Part shown: positions 19,171 through 32,103 of the stretch, piece after piece
Layout: each line of letters opens with the position of its first letter
Numbering within the stretch: the stretch's first letter is position 1
Origin: Gammaproteobacteria bacterium
Lineage (GTDB): Bacteria; Pseudomonadota; Gammaproteobacteria; Eutrophobiales; Eutrophobiaceae
DNA: 64,000 nucleotides
Assembly (NCBI GenBank): GCA_047620145.1
Contig: JBLHKO010000002.1
Location: 19,963 to 83,962, forward strand
Direction: 5' to 3'
The notes under the pieces: generated by a model
Databases searched by the model: none
The model's input: the letters and a program-made list of their open reading frames with translations, nothing else
Told to the model about the DNA's origin: nothing
Translations under genes and position numbers: made by a program

Positions 19171-20070
19171 TTAAACTATGTTTTGTAATTGTTTAACAAC
19201 ATCATTAACGGAGACTTGTTCAATCTTATGCCCTTCCCCAACCAGCCAGAAGGCTTTTTCTCCCCACGGTCGGTAGCGATCAGGCTCGCCTTCCCCGAAA
19301 ATAGTTAAGGTTGTAACTCCGGCTGCACTTGCCATGTGCCCCAACCCGGAATCATTTCCAACAAACACTGTTAAATATTTTTGAACAGCGACGGCCTGTA
19401 GAATATTGGTCATGCCACATAAATTAAAACAGGGCGGCTTAACTCGCGAAGAGATAAAGCCTGAGCGTTCTTTATCTCTGCTGTCGCCCAAAAAGACTAT
19501 GGCATCAAAATCCTTTCCCATTTTTTCCACTAAAGACAGATAGTTTTCTTTCGGCCATATTTTTACATCAGCATTGGCGCCTGTGCCTATTCCCAACAGT
19601 CTCTTTCCGTAGTATTGACCCAGCGCCTCTTCGGCAAATTTTTCTTCTGCGTCGCTTAGCCAAACATAGCATGCCGGAGGCTGCCCTTTATAGACTTCCG
19701 AAATAATCCCGACATGCTCTTGGACAGCATGAGGCCCCGCGTTCGTTCTGTTCCTTTTTGTGAGCCTTTTTCTGGCTGGTAGCAAATAAGCCAGTCCATC
19801 AGTGCGAACATCTACAATCAGATCATAAGATTGAAACCAGAGTGACTTTAATAAGGCAGGAACACCTCTTAAAAGGTTATTTTTTTGTTTATTAAATATC
19901 TTTCCACGAAAAGGACAGTGCTTAAAAACCTCGCTGGAGCGCTGGTCGCCGACAATATCAATAACCGCGGACGGATAGCATTCATGTAAGGCTAAGAGAA
20001 CCGGGGTTGTCATGATTGCGTCGCCAATATTGCTTAATGAAATAAACAATATTTTATTAATTACTTTCAT
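19171..20070 (-). CDS. Heptosyltransferase family (GT9)
   Basis: It begins ILFISLSNIGDAIMTTPVLLALHE and contains GTGANADVKIWP and VGNDSGLGHMASAAG. Confidence 0.7.
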   Translation of the reverse strand: MKVINKILFISLSNIGDAIMTTPVLLALHECYPSAVIDIVGDQRSSEVFKHCPFRGKIFNKQKNNLLRGVPALLKSLWFQSYDLIVDVRTDGLAYLLPARKRLTKRNRTNAGPHAVQEHVGIISEVYKGQPPACYVWLSDAEEKFAEEALGQYYGKRLLGIGTGANADVKIWPKENYLSLVEKMGKDFDAIVFLGDSRDKERSGFISSRVKPPCFNLCGMTNILQAVAVQKYLTVFVGNDSGLGHMASAAGVTTLTIFGEGEPDRYRPWGEKAFWLVGEGHKIEQVSVNDVVKQLQNIV

Positions 20071-20097
20071 ACCATTCAGTATATTTCTGAGGCTGGC

Positions 20098-21468
20098 TTA
20101 TTTACCGATACAAAATTTTGAGAAGATCTCACCGAGAAGATCATCGGCAACGAAGCTGCCGGTAATTGTTCCCAGTGATTCCTGTGCCATACGCAGATCT
20201 TCGGCGAACAACTCCAGAGTATTTTTATTTTCCAGGCGCTCTTGTCCATTGATTAAATATTCCTGCGTCTTCAATAATGCATTAAGATGACGTGCCCGCG
20301 CCATGTAACTATCTTCACTGGCGTCGCCTATTCCCGCGATGGTTTTTAATTGTTGAATCAAGGCGTTAATGCCTTCTCCTGTTTTAGCAGACAGAAAAAC
20401 CTCAAATTCATTTATATTTTTATCAAGCAGTTCGTTTTTGTTATCGGCCAAATCAATTTTATTTCTTACTACAATCTTTTTTACATTTTCTGGAAGGGCA
20501 TCTAATACGCGTTGTTCTTCGTTTCCCAGCTTCTGTTCATATTCTAATATCAATAATATAATGTCAGCACTACTCGCTGCGTTTAATGCGCGCTTGATGC
20601 CTTCCTCTTCAATCTCATCTCTGGTTTCTCGGATCCCGGCAGTATCTAATATATTAAGCGGAACACCTTCTATAAGAATATTTTCTTCGACAATATCCCT
20701 CGTTGTTCCCGGTATTGTGCTGACAATTGCGGCCTCTCTTCCGACAAGCCTGTTTAGCAGGCTCGATTTGCCCACGTTCGGACTGCCGACGATTGCCAAC
20801 TGTAAGCCTTTGCTCAAAATCGCACCTTGACTGGCTCTTACAAGTATCTTGTCAAGATCTTCGAGACACGCAGATAATTTTTCTTTTATCTCCCCTTCTT
20901 TAATAAAAGCCACTTCTTCATCAGGGAAATCTAATACGCTTTCGATAAACATGCGTAAATTAATAAGCCTTTGTAACAGATCGTTTATGTTTTGTGAGAA
21001 TTCGCCTTCAAGAGAACGTGTCGCGCTCCGAGCGGCTTGTGACGAAGCGCTATCAATTAATCCGGCCACGGCTTCGGCCTGTACCAGATCAATTTTATTA
21101 TTCACAAAGGCACGCTCTGTAAACTCGCCCGGCCGTGCCTGCCTGGCCCCCAACGCAATCACACGATCAAGCAACATAGACATTACCACCTGTCCCCCAT
21201 GCCCCTGAAGCTCAACAACATGCTCACCTGTATAGGATGCTGGCTGAGGGTAATAAATGAGAATGCCGCTATCGATTGTTGAACCGTCTTGCGCAAGAAA
21301 AGAGCAAAGCATGGCCTGTCTGGCCTTTAGGTCTTGGATTTGTGTGTCATTATCGATGAGCTGCCTCGCGATTGTGGCGGCGTTGGCCCCGGAAAGACGA
21401 ACTACACCGACAGCTCCTCGCCCGGGCGGCGTTGCGATTGCGGCGATGGTGTCGTCAGAGGCTACCAT
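20098..21468 (-). CDS. mnmE: tRNA modification GTPase MnmE (TrmE)
   Basis: A 456-aa ORF. Its G domain carries GSPNVGKSSLLN and GTTRD, and the C terminus ends ...CIGK. Confidence 0.95.
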   Translation of the reverse strand: MVASDDTIAAIATPPGRGAVGVVRLSGANAATIARQLIDNDTQIQDLKARQAMLCSFLAQDGSTIDSGILIYYPQPASYTGEHVVELQGHGGQVVMSMLLDRVIALGARQARPGEFTERAFVNNKIDLVQAEAVAGLIDSASSQAARSATRSLEGEFSQNINDLLQRLINLRMFIESVLDFPDEEVAFIKEGEIKEKLSACLEDLDKILVRASQGAILSKGLQLAIVGSPNVGKSSLLNRLVGREAAIVSTIPGTTRDIVEENILIEGVPLNILDTAGIRETRDEIEEEGIKRALNAASSADIILLILEYEQKLGNEEQRVLDALPENVKKIVVRNKIDLADNKNELLDKNINEFEVFLSAKTGEGINALIQQLKTIAGIGDASEDSYMARARHLNALLKTQEYLINGQERLENKNTLELFAEDLRMAQESLGTITGSFVADDLLGEIFSKFCIGK

Positions 21469-21485
21469 CGTTTATCTCAAGCGCG

Positions 21486-23135
21486 TCAGCTCTGTGATGC
21501 TGCTGCGCGGTCGATGCTTCTGGTGATAACCCATTGTTGTGCGATAGACAGAATATTGTTTACCACCCAATATAACACTAGGCCTGACGGAAAAAATGCA
21601 AAGAATACCGTGAACACGACAGGCAATACTGACATCACCTTTTGTTGGACAGGATCCATAGGCGCAGGATTTAGTTTTTGCTGTATCAGCATGGTTACGC
21701 CCATAATTAACGGCAATACGTAAAATCGATCAGGCGCGGACAAATCATTTAGCCAGAAGATAAAATCTGCCTGTCTTAACTCAACGCTTTCAAGCAAGGT
21801 CCAGTACAGCGCAATGAAAACAGGTATCTGTATAAGGATCGGGAAACAACCTCCCAGCGGATTTATTTTTTCTTTTTTATAAATATCCATCATTGCCTGA
21901 TTAAGGCGAGTTCGATCTCCTTTGTAACGATCCTTGATAGCCATCAACCGTGGCTGAACCCGGCGCATATTGGCCATGGACTTATAGCCGGCTGCGGACA
22001 ACTTAAAAAATATTAGTTTCAGCATCAACGTAACCAGCACGATTGCCCAGCCCCAATTACCAGTAATGCCGTGAAATCTTTCCAGGCACCAAAATAATGG
22101 TTTTGCTAAAAACCACAAAACCCCATAATCAACCGTTAATTCTAGGCCTGGGGCAATTTTTTCGAGCTTGCCCTGACTTTTTGGGCCCATATAAAGTCTT
22201 TGCTCAACAACACTTGTCGTGTTCGGCTCAACAGTAATCGTCGGCGCTATTACGCCAATCACAAAGTGACCCCCTTCAGGCGCGAGTGTATAAAAATGAT
22301 TCGTTTCTTCGTGAGTCGCGGGAACCAGCGCACTGACAAAATAATGTTGCAACATTGCTGCCCATCCATTAGCAATATCTACATTAAGATTTTCATCTTC
22401 AAGATCATCAAAGCTAAGTTTTTCATAGCGCTTTTCTGGGCTTGAAATAACCGTGCCGGTATAGGTATAAAGAATGCGAGACTCTCTTCCAGGATCGCTT
22501 CTTTGTAGTTGACTATATGCGCGTCCTGTCCAGGCCGATCCGCTTTGGTTTTCTATTTCATATCTAATATTTACCAGATAACTATCTCTGGTAAATTCAT
22601 AGATCTTCGTAACCTTCAGGCCATTATCGGACTCCCATACTAACGGCACAGTAAGTTTGTTCTCTCCCGCGCTCAAGTCATAACGACTACTTTGAGCGGT
22701 AAATCTTGCTTCGTGTGTTGGCCCACCATTTTTACTTAACAGGCCACCTTGTGCGACATAAAACAAGGGAGAAGTATTGTTAAATAAAAGTATTGGTTCG
22801 TTTGGCGTGTCGAGCGCGACAGGATATTTAAGGAGCTCGACTTTATCGATCCCGCCCCCGATTTGGCCTATGCTTATTTGAAATAAATCTGTCTTGACCT
22901 TGATCGGCTCTTCGTCCGCCTTGACGGTCAGGGGAATATTATTTGTGCCACTGGGCGCTCGGCTTTGCACCTCTGGTAGCGCGGGAGCGACAGGGACGTC
23001 GACACCTTGAGCTTCGCCAGCGGCTTGTTGAGCAGTCTGCACGACAGCAACGCCGTAGTCTTTTTCCCATTCTTGCCAAAGCATTAACAGCACGAGGCTA
23101 AGCGCAACGACTAATATAAAACGCAAATTATCCAT
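21486..23135 (-). CDS. yidC: Membrane protein insertase YidC
   Basis: I place the start at MDNLRFILVVALSLVLLMLWQEWEK (compare E. coli [25 protein letters not shown]). The ORF track extends it to 23210, which would overlap yidD. Confidence 0.9.
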   Translation of the reverse strand: MDNLRFILVVALSLVLLMLWQEWEKDYGVAVVQTAQQAAGEAQGVDVPVAPALPEVQSRAPSGTNNIPLTVKADEEPIKVKTDLFQISIGQIGGGIDKVELLKYPVALDTPNEPILLFNNTSPLFYVAQGGLLSKNGGPTHEARFTAQSSRYDLSAGENKLTVPLVWESDNGLKVTKIYEFTRDSYLVNIRYEIENQSGSAWTGRAYSQLQRSDPGRESRILYTYTGTVISSPEKRYEKLSFDDLEDENLNVDIANGWAAMLQHYFVSALVPATHEETNHFYTLAPEGGHFVIGVIAPTITVEPNTTSVVEQRLYMGPKSQGKLEKIAPGLELTVDYGVLWFLAKPLFWCLERFHGITGNWGWAIVLVTLMLKLIFFKLSAAGYKSMANMRRVQPRLMAIKDRYKGDRTRLNQAMMDIYKKEKINPLGGCFPILIQIPVFIALYWTLLESVELRQADFIFWLNDLSAPDRFYVLPLIMGVTMLIQQKLNPAPMDPVQQKVMSVLPVVFTVFFAFFPSGLVLYWVVNNILSIAQQWVITRSIDRAAASQS

Positions 23136-23145
23136 ATAACTGTTA

Positions 23146-23358
23146 TCAATCCGGAACCGGATCGTAGCCTCCTTCGTATAGCGGGTGGCAACGACATATG
23201 CGTGACGCACCCATAACAGAACCTTTTAAAGCGCCGTGTTTTGTAATTGCTTCCGCCGTGTATTCCGAGCAGGTTGGTAGATAACGACAACTAGGGCCTA
23301 GAAAAGGACTAAATATATATTGGTAAGCCTTGATCCCGGAAATTAAAATTTTCTGCAT
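23146..23358 (-). CDS. yidD: Membrane protein insertion efficiency factor YidD
   Basis: A 70-aa ORF containing [23 protein letters not shown]....GALKGS.....RICRCHP. Confidence 0.9.
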   Translation of the reverse strand: MQKILISGIKAYQYIFSPFLGPSCRYLPTCSEYTAEAITKHGALKGSVMGASRICRCHPLYEGGYDPVPD

Positions 23359-23705
23359 TGCGAAATTGTTTTCCAGTGTGCGTTAATTGATTCTGTGATC
23401 TTTTTTTTGTTAATAACGATTAACTTTTTGTGGGCCACTACAACAACGTCCATGCCGCCTAATATCTTTTTATGTTGGCGGAAGCTCTCTCTTACTGCTC
23501 TTTTTATATGGTTCCTGCTTACCGCACGACTCACATTCTTCTTTGATATAGCAAGCCCTAGCCTGGCTTGAGTGAGATTGTTCCTGCTGGCAAGCACAAG
23601 AAACTTTTCGTCTGCCGAGCGACAGGAAGACTTAAACACCTTTTGATAGTCCTTTGGGTTGTTAAGCCTGTTTGTTTTCGCAAAACAGCCCGTTTCTATG
23701 GACAC
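23343..23705 (-). CDS. rnpA: Ribonuclease P protein component
   Basis: A 120-aa basic protein with an RNR-like motif ([12 protein letters not shown]). It sits between rpmH and yidD. Confidence 0.85.
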   Translation of the reverse strand: MSIETGCFAKTNRLNNPKDYQKVFKSSCRSADEKFLVLASRNNLTQARLGLAISKKNVSRAVSRNHIKRAVRESFRQHKKILGGMDVVVVAHKKLIVINKKKITESINAHWKTISQCRKF

Positions 23706-23719
23706 GACATCTGTTTGAC

Positions 23720-23854
23720 TTAGGCGGAAAGCTTCTTACGTCCCTTGGCTCGACGCGCCTTAATAATACTGCGACCTGCCTTAGTACGCATTCTCACACG
23801 GAAACCATGCTGCCGTTTTCTCTTTAATTTACTGGGTTGAAATGTTCTCTTCAT
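23720..23854 (-). CDS. rpmH: 50S ribosomal protein L34. It is not in the ORF track because it is shorter than 60 aa
   Basis: Hand translation gives [44 protein letters not shown], which is the classic L34 sequence. Confidence 0.9.
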   Translation of the reverse strand: MKRTFQPSKLKRKRQHGFRVRMRTKAGRSIIKARRAKGRKKLSA

Positions 23855-23960
23855 CGGTTTGTTTCCGTCGTGTTTATAAGCTAATCGTAAAAAGCGCGGT
23901 ATGGTACGTTTTCCAGACCTTCCCTGTCAATTCGTCTTGAAATAATAGTCTGCGACAGCT

Positions 23961-23969
23961 TGTGGATAA
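23961..23969 (-). promoter_or_regulatory. Perfect DnaA box (TTATCCACA on the minus strand) in the rpmH-dnaA intergenic region
   Basis: tgtggataa on the plus strand is the reverse complement of TTATCCACA. It lies 80 bp upstream of the dnaA start. Confidence 0.6.
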
Positions 23970-24048
23970 GTTATAGTATCGAGTATAGAATTCATAACGA
24001 ATTTTCGTTTCTTGCTTCATTACTATTTTACCAAGAGGATTATCAACG

Positions 24049-25383
24049 TTGCTCAGCTCGCCATGGAATTATTGTCTTGAACGGCTAGAGGGAGAGCTAA
24101 CGCCACAACAGTTTAACACTTGGGTTCGCCCACTGCAGACAGAAGAACGAGACAGCACGATTGTACTTTTAGCGCCGAATCGCTTTGTGAAAGATTGGGT
24201 ACAGGAGCAATATTTCGAAAAAATAAATACAATTTTGTCCGAGAAAAATGAATTTAACCATTACTCGCTCTCATTAGAGGTTGGTTGTAAAAATATTTCC
24301 TCTGAGCCAATCACACTAAAACCAACAAACGCCCAACAAAAAACAACAAAAAATATTCAACACGCAAGTAATCTTAATCCTGATTTCATCTTTGAGTCTT
24401 TTGTTGAAGGCAAATCAAACCAGCTAGCCAAAGCCGCTTCGATACAGGTCGCTGAAAACCCCGGAAACTCTTACAACCCTTTGTTTATTTATGGCGGTGT
24501 TGGTTTGGGGAAAACACATTTAATGCATGCCATTGGTCATGAAATCATGCGTAAAAACAACAACAGTAATGTTGTTTATTTACACTCTGAGCGCTTTGTT
24601 GCTGATATGGTGAGAGCATTGCAGCACAACGCGATTAATGAATTTAAACGTTATTATCGTTCAGTTGATGCTTTATTGATTGACGACATCCAGTTTTTTG
24701 CTAAAAAAGAGCGCTCACAAGAAGAGTTTTTCCACACATTCAACGCCTTACTAGAGGGTCAACATCAAATCATCCTTACCTGCGATCGTTATCCTAAAGA
24801 GGTCTCAGGCCTGGAAGAGCGACTTAAATCACGTTTTGGTTGGGGCTTGACGGTCGCTATTGAGCCGCCGGAGCTGGAAACAAGGGTGGCAATTATTAAA
24901 AGCAAGGCGGCTTTAACAAATATAAACATCCCTGACGAAGTGTCGTTTTTTATCGCCAAGCGTTTCAGCGCAAACGTTAGAGAACTGGAAGGAGCCCTCA
25001 ATAGGGTCGTCGCCAGCTCTAACCTGACACAAAAACCCATCACCCTGGAGCTGACTAAAGATGTTTTGCGAGATCTTCTCTTGTTGCAGGATAAACTAAT
25101 TACTATTGAAAACATTCAAAAAACAACCGCAGAATATTACAAAATTCGTATAACTGATCTGCTCTCAAAAAGAAGAAACCGTTCGATCGCCAGACCAAGA
25201 CAAGTAGCAATGAAATTATCTAAAGATTTAACTAACCATAGTTTGCCAGAAATAGGCAATGCTTTTGGTGGGAGAGACCATACAACTGTTTTACATGCTT
25301 GTAGAAAAATTACTGAACTCAGAACAACAGAGGCGAAAATAGATGAAGATTATAATAATTTAAGTAAAATTCTAACAACATGA
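24049..25383 (+). CDS. dnaA: Chromosomal replication initiator DnaA
   Basis: It begins, from a TTG start, [30 protein letters not shown] (compare E. coli [30 protein letters not shown]). It has an AAA+ [10 protein letters not shown] Walker A motif and a C-terminal DNA-binding domain. Confidence 0.95.
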   Translation: MLSSPWNYCLERLEGELTPQQFNTWVRPLQTEERDSTIVLLAPNRFVKDWVQEQYFEKINTILSEKNEFNHYSLSLEVGCKNISSEPITLKPTNAQQKTTKNIQHASNLNPDFIFESFVEGKSNQLAKAASIQVAENPGNSYNPLFIYGGVGLGKTHLMHAIGHEIMRKNNNSNVVYLHSERFVADMVRALQHNAINEFKRYYRSVDALLIDDIQFFAKKERSQEEFFHTFNALLEGQHQIILTCDRYPKEVSGLEERLKSRFGWGLTVAIEPPELETRVAIIKSKAALTNINIPDEVSFFIAKRFSANVRELEGALNRVVASSNLTQKPITLELTKDVLRDLLLLQDKLITIENIQKTTAEYYKIRITDLLSKRRNRSIARPRQVAMKLSKDLTNHSLPEIGNAFGGRDHTTVLHACRKITELRTTEAKIDEDYNNLSKILTT

Positions 25384-25589
25384 TGTGGGTAAGCTGTGTT
25401 TAAAAAATACTATTTATAAACACTTAGGTTATCCACAAGAAACAAACAAATATTTTACAGTAAATAACGGACTTATCAGAACAGTGTTACATTGATAAAA
25501 CAAAGGCAAGTGTTTGAATAATATAATAAATATTATTTATATCCACAAAAAGGTACCAAGCTAATAATAGTAATAATAAGGTTTATATA
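25384..25589. promoter_or_regulatory. Candidate oriC / DNA-unwinding region: AT-rich dnaA-dnaN spacer carrying three DnaA-box-like 9-mers
   Basis: There is a perfect box, ttatccaca, at 25429-25437. One-mismatch boxes lie at 25384-25392 (tgtgggtaa, reverse) and 25539-25547 (atatccaca). The spacer is roughly 70% AT. Confidence 0.45.
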
Positions 25590-26690
25590 ATGAATTTTAA
25601 TATAGAAAGAAATGAAATCTTACCTTCTTTACAAGCAGTTTGCGGTGTTATTGATAGAAGACAAGCGTTACCGATATTAAGCAATTTATTAATTGTTGTA
25701 AAAAAAGGAAAAATTATTTTTACAGGAACCGATATGGAAGTAGAGATGGTGACGGAAATAAATCACCCTTCTGAAAGCCAGGGAGAAATCACCATACCTG
25801 CGAGAAAACTATTAGATATTTGTAGGGCCTTGCCTGATGACGCTAATATAAATCTTAGTTTCAAGAAGGATCAGGTTTTAGTTAAGTCGGGTAAAAGTAA
25901 ATTTACTCTAGCAACGTTACCTGCAACGGAGTATCCGTCAACAGAAGCTTTAAGCAGTAGCAATAAAATTTCACTTCCCCAGGAAGAACTAAAAGCTTTA
26001 CTTGAAGACACTATGTTTTCAATGGCGCAACAAGATGTTCGTTATTATTTAAATGGTCTTTTGTTAGAGCTAGACAAAAACAGCCTTAGAGCAGTTGCCA
26101 CTGATGGACACAGGCTCGCTTTAAAGGAAATTAACGTTAAAACGGGCATTGAAGAAGCACAACAAATTATCATTCCAAGAAAGGGTGTGATTGAGCTAAT
26201 CAGGTTGCTAGATGGCGACGATAAAAACGTGAGTATTGAGGTAAGCCAAAACCATATTCGTGTAAGCAAAGAAAAGCTACAGTTTACAAGCAAGCTTATT
26301 GATGGAAAATTTCCTGATTATCAAAGAGTTATACCTAAAGAAGGCGCTCACCCAATTAAAACAGACAGGGAGACACTAAAACAGGGCCTAATCAGAGCAT
26401 CAATACTCTCGAACGAAAAATACAAAGGCATTCGGCTTGTGCTTCAACATAACCTATTAAAAGCTTTCGCACACAACCCGGAACAAGAAGAAGCAGAAGA
26501 GGAAATAGAAATAAACTATAAAGGCGACGATATTGAAATAGGCTTCAACGTCACTTATTTGCTCGACGCACTCTCAACCATAAAAACGCAAGAAGTGATT
26601 TTAAATATATCAGACCCGAACAGCAGTTGTCTGATTCTCCCCGACGACGAATCAGAGTGTAAATATGTTGTTATGCCAATGAGGCTTTAG
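25590..26690 (+). CDS. dnaN: DNA polymerase III beta sliding clamp
   Basis: A 366-aa ORF beginning MNFNIERNEILPSLQAVCGVIDRRQALPILSNLLI, ending ...VVMPMRL, and located immediately downstream of dnaA. Confidence 0.95.
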   Translation: MNFNIERNEILPSLQAVCGVIDRRQALPILSNLLIVVKKGKIIFTGTDMEVEMVTEINHPSESQGEITIPARKLLDICRALPDDANINLSFKKDQVLVKSGKSKFTLATLPATEYPSTEALSSSNKISLPQEELKALLEDTMFSMAQQDVRYYLNGLLLELDKNSLRAVATDGHRLALKEINVKTGIEEAQQIIIPRKGVIELIRLLDGDDKNVSIEVSQNHIRVSKEKLQFTSKLIDGKFPDYQRVIPKEGAHPIKTDRETLKQGLIRASILSNEKYKGIRLVLQHNLLKAFAHNPEQEEAEEEIEINYKGDDIEIGFNVTYLLDALSTIKTQEVILNISDPNSSCLILPDDESECKYVVMPMRL

Positions 26691-26717
26691 TCGGGATAAC
26701 ATAAACGAACATAAATA

Positions 26718-27794
26718 ATGAGGCTGGAATCGTTAACCGTAAGGCAAGTTCGTAACCTTGCCGACATTCAAATTACACCAAACGCAGAAGTAAACATTAT
26801 CTATGGCGAAAACGCCGCAGGTAAAACAGCAATTCTAGAATCAATTTACTTGCTCTCAAAAGCAAGATCTTTCAGAACTGCCCACATCAAAGAAGTCATC
26901 CAACACAAGCAGGAGAACCTAACGGTTTCCGCAACTCTTTTTAGAGACGACAACACGAACAAACCGGTCAAGACTGGAATAAGGAAATCTAGCAGAGAGA
27001 CAGAGATTAAACACAACGGGGAGCGAGTAATGACGGTTTCACAACAAGCAAAAAACGTTGTTGTTCAAACCGCAAACCCAGACAACACAAAAGTATTGAC
27101 GGGATCACCAAAAGACAGAAGAAAATGGATAGACTGGGCATTGTTCCACGTGGAACAAGACTATCTTCAAACATGGCACAGCTATCATCACTCCCTTAGA
27201 AACAGAAACGCCTTGCTTAGAAGATCAGCAAAGGATGAAGAGTTCTTTGTTTGGGAAGAGATGATGGCTGCAACAGCAGAAAGACTGGGGGAGATGTGGA
27301 GAAATTATCTTGTTCGCCTGCAGCAATACTATCAGGAAATAGCAGGCGAGCACTCCTGCGGCGGCGTAGCCTTTAGCGTAAAACAAGATAAAGCTAAAAC
27401 ACTCGGGTTTCTAGAGCACCTACAATCGACCAGACAGTCCGACAGAAGCGTGGGGTTTACACAGCATGGCCCACACAAGGTTGACTTTGAATTCAAAAGC
27501 CAGGACAAGCACGCCAATACGGTATTTTCCAGAGGGCAAATTAAGTTCTTCGTAACAATGCTTTCTATCGCGCAGGCCAAAGTACTAAAAGATGATAAAG
27601 GCGTGACTCCTATTATTCTGGCGGACGATCTGACCGCCGAGTTAGACAAAAAGACAGTGGTCGCGATTCTGGAGCTTTTATATAAAGACAAAATGCAGCT
27701 GTTTATTACAACAACAGAACCAGACAATATTTCAAGAAACCACAAAGAAACCTCACTGTTTCACGTGAAACATGGGAAGATAAAAAGATGTTAG
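26718..27794 (+). CDS. recF: DNA replication and repair protein RecF
   Basis: It has a Walker A motif (GENAAGKTAILESI) and the ABC/SMC-like signature. Its position after dnaN is the expected one. Confidence 0.9.
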   Translation: MRLESLTVRQVRNLADIQITPNAEVNIIYGENAAGKTAILESIYLLSKARSFRTAHIKEVIQHKQENLTVSATLFRDDNTNKPVKTGIRKSSRETEIKHNGERVMTVSQQAKNVVVQTANPDNTKVLTGSPKDRRKWIDWALFHVEQDYLQTWHSYHHSLRNRNALLRRSAKDEEFFVWEEMMAATAERLGEMWRNYLVRLQQYYQEIAGEHSCGGVAFSVKQDKAKTLGFLEHLQSTRQSDRSVGFTQHGPHKVDFEFKSQDKHANTVFSRGQIKFFVTMLSIAQAKVLKDDKGVTPIILADDLTAELDKKTVVAILELLYKDKMQLFITTTEPDNISRNHKETSLFHVKHGKIKRC

Positions 27795-27847
27795 AATGTG
27801 TGGCGAAACCGGCCAAAAAACAAACAGGAATTATGACCCACAAATGA

Positions 27848-30265
<2,418 letters not shown>

Positions 30266-30291
30266 TTTATCAGCAAGCCAACCGCCACAGC

Positions 30292-30956
30292 TTAGCCTGC
30301 TCGAGCGCAAGCAAGGACATCAACCCGGCTAACTCCGGCAAGACGAAGCGTCCGCGCTAGTTCGTTTATGGTGCTGCCGGTAGTGATGACATCATCAATT
30401 AGCAAGACGTGGTTGTAAGAGACCCTTTCAGCGGTAGAAAAAGCATTGTGAACATTTTGCTTGCGTTTTTTAGCGGGCAACGCCGTCTGCGGGACAGTGG
30501 CTCGGTTGCGCTTACAGGTGTTTGCGTCAATCGGGATGCCGAGCTCTTTGGATAAAGGTCGAGCAATCTCAACAGACTGGTTATAACCTCTCGAAATCAG
30601 TCTGCTGGAGTGTAATGGCACGGGGATGATGCAATCCGGTAATGGCGCGCCAGAATAAAGGGACAAGCTCCCGAGAAGACGGCCCAAAGAATTAGCAGCA
30701 TCAATACCCTGCTTGAATTTCATGTGTTGTATCAAGCGATTTGCTGGATAGAGATATTGAAATGGCGCGCAGACACTGTCTATAGAAGCCCAAGGCCGGT
30801 GTAAACAGTCCGCGCAGGTTCTTGATGCGCTGTTTGGCTTAGCACACTTAGGGCAGGCGCTGGCGTTTAACACCAGATCGTTTAAACAGTCCGCACAAGT
30901 TGCCCTATGTTTCCCGCAGGGGCGAGCACACAAAAAACAACGATTGCCTGAGAACA
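30292..30956 (-). CDS. ComF family protein (ComFC/GntX-like phosphoribosyltransferase-domain protein)
   Basis: It has N-terminal CxxC pairs (CFLCARPCG, CADC, CPKC, CADC) and a C-terminal PRTase motif (VLLIDDVITTGSTI). I chose the start at the internal Met (MFSGNR). The longer 294-aa frame would overlap the divergent bioB start. Confidence 0.65.
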
Positions 30957-31113
30957 TGTCAGATTGCCCGCAGTTAACTTTAAAGTGTTGTTTAAGGTTG
31001 ACAGCAAATCCTTTGCGCATATGATTCCGTAATTGTTCAGATAAAACTAAATTTAATAAAGACGCGGTTTTAATAAATAACCAACCAAACCAAAGACTAA
31101 CTAGGCTACGTTT

Positions 31114-32091
31114 ATGTCCAACAATATTCAAGCACTGCAGAAAAATAACGAAATACGTCATGACTGGCATACACATGAGGTGTTGTCGTTAATGAAGCAA
31201 CCACTAAATGACCTAGTGTTTCAGGCACAGTCTATGCACAGGAAATATTTTGACGCCAACACAGTTCAGCTAAGCACTTTGCTAAACATAAAACGCGGCG
31301 GTTGCTCTGAAGATTGCGCTTATTGTCCCCAAAGCGCGCGTTATCAGACAGAGGTCGAGGGAGAGCCAATGCTTTCGTTGGACGAAATAAAAAAAGCTGC
31401 GAATACGGCGAAGCAGGAAGGGGCAACAAGATTCTGCATGGGCGCGGCGTGGCGCAGCCCAAAAGAAAAAGATTTTAAGTTGGTTTTGGATATGGTTCGA
31501 GAAGTTAGAGGGCTGGGCATGGAAACATGCGTGACCATGGGCATGTTGAATGACGATCAAACATCAAGGCTAAAGCAGGTGGGTCTTGATTATTACAACC
31601 ATAACATCGACAGCTCAGAATCATTTTATGAAACCATTATCAGCACTAGAGACTACAAGGATCGCCTAGAGACCCTGGAAAGTGTTCGTAAGGCAGGCAT
31701 TAACGTGTGTTCAGGCGGCATAATTGGTATGGGCGAAGCTGAGTCAGATCGGGCAGAGATGTTGTGTACACTGGCTAATTTGGAAAAACATCCGGAAAGC
31801 GTGCCGATTAATTTGCTGGTGAAAGTAAAAGGCACGCCGTTGGCTGATGTCGACGATTTAGATCCCTTTGATATGGTGCGCATGATAGCCAGCGCAAGGG
31901 TTATGATGCCGGCTGCTTATGTTCGTTTGTCTGCTGGCCGAATGGAAATGAATGACGAGCATCAAGCGCTATGTTTTATGGCTGGAGCAAACTCGATCTT
32001 CTATGGCGAAGAACTGCTAACGACAAATAATCCTGAACTGGAAAAAGATCGGCTGTTATTTGATCGTCTGGGCATTAGCGCATCACAATAA
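31114..32091 (+). CDS. bioB: Biotin synthase
   Basis: It carries the radical-SAM motif [11 protein letters not shown] and the remainder of the BioB pattern. Confidence 0.9.
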   Translation: MSNNIQALQKNNEIRHDWHTHEVLSLMKQPLNDLVFQAQSMHRKYFDANTVQLSTLLNIKRGGCSEDCAYCPQSARYQTEVEGEPMLSLDEIKKAANTAKQEGATRFCMGAAWRSPKEKDFKLVLDMVREVRGLGMETCVTMGMLNDDQTSRLKQVGLDYYNHNIDSSESFYETIISTRDYKDRLETLESVRKAGINVCSGGIIGMGEAESDRAEMLCTLANLEKHPESVPINLLVKVKGTPLADVDDLDPFDMVRMIASARVMMPAAYVRLSAGRMEMNDEHQALCFMAGANSIFYGEELLTTNNPELEKDRLLFDRLGISASQ

Positions 32092-32103
32092 TCCGGGTTT
32101 GTA

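Noticed and set aside
20012-20290. 92-aa ORF spanning the GT9/mnmE junction
   Set aside because: It overlaps two confident minus-strand genes and carries no recognisable domain.
20369-21208. 153-aa and 119-aa ORFs antisense to mnmE
   Set aside because: They are Ser-rich, low-complexity and fully inside mnmE.
24789-25115. 108-aa ORF antisense to dnaA
   Set aside because: It is embedded in dnaA.
31232-31560. Three ORFs of 66-92 aa antisense to bioB
   Set aside because: They are embedded in bioB and have no features of real proteins.
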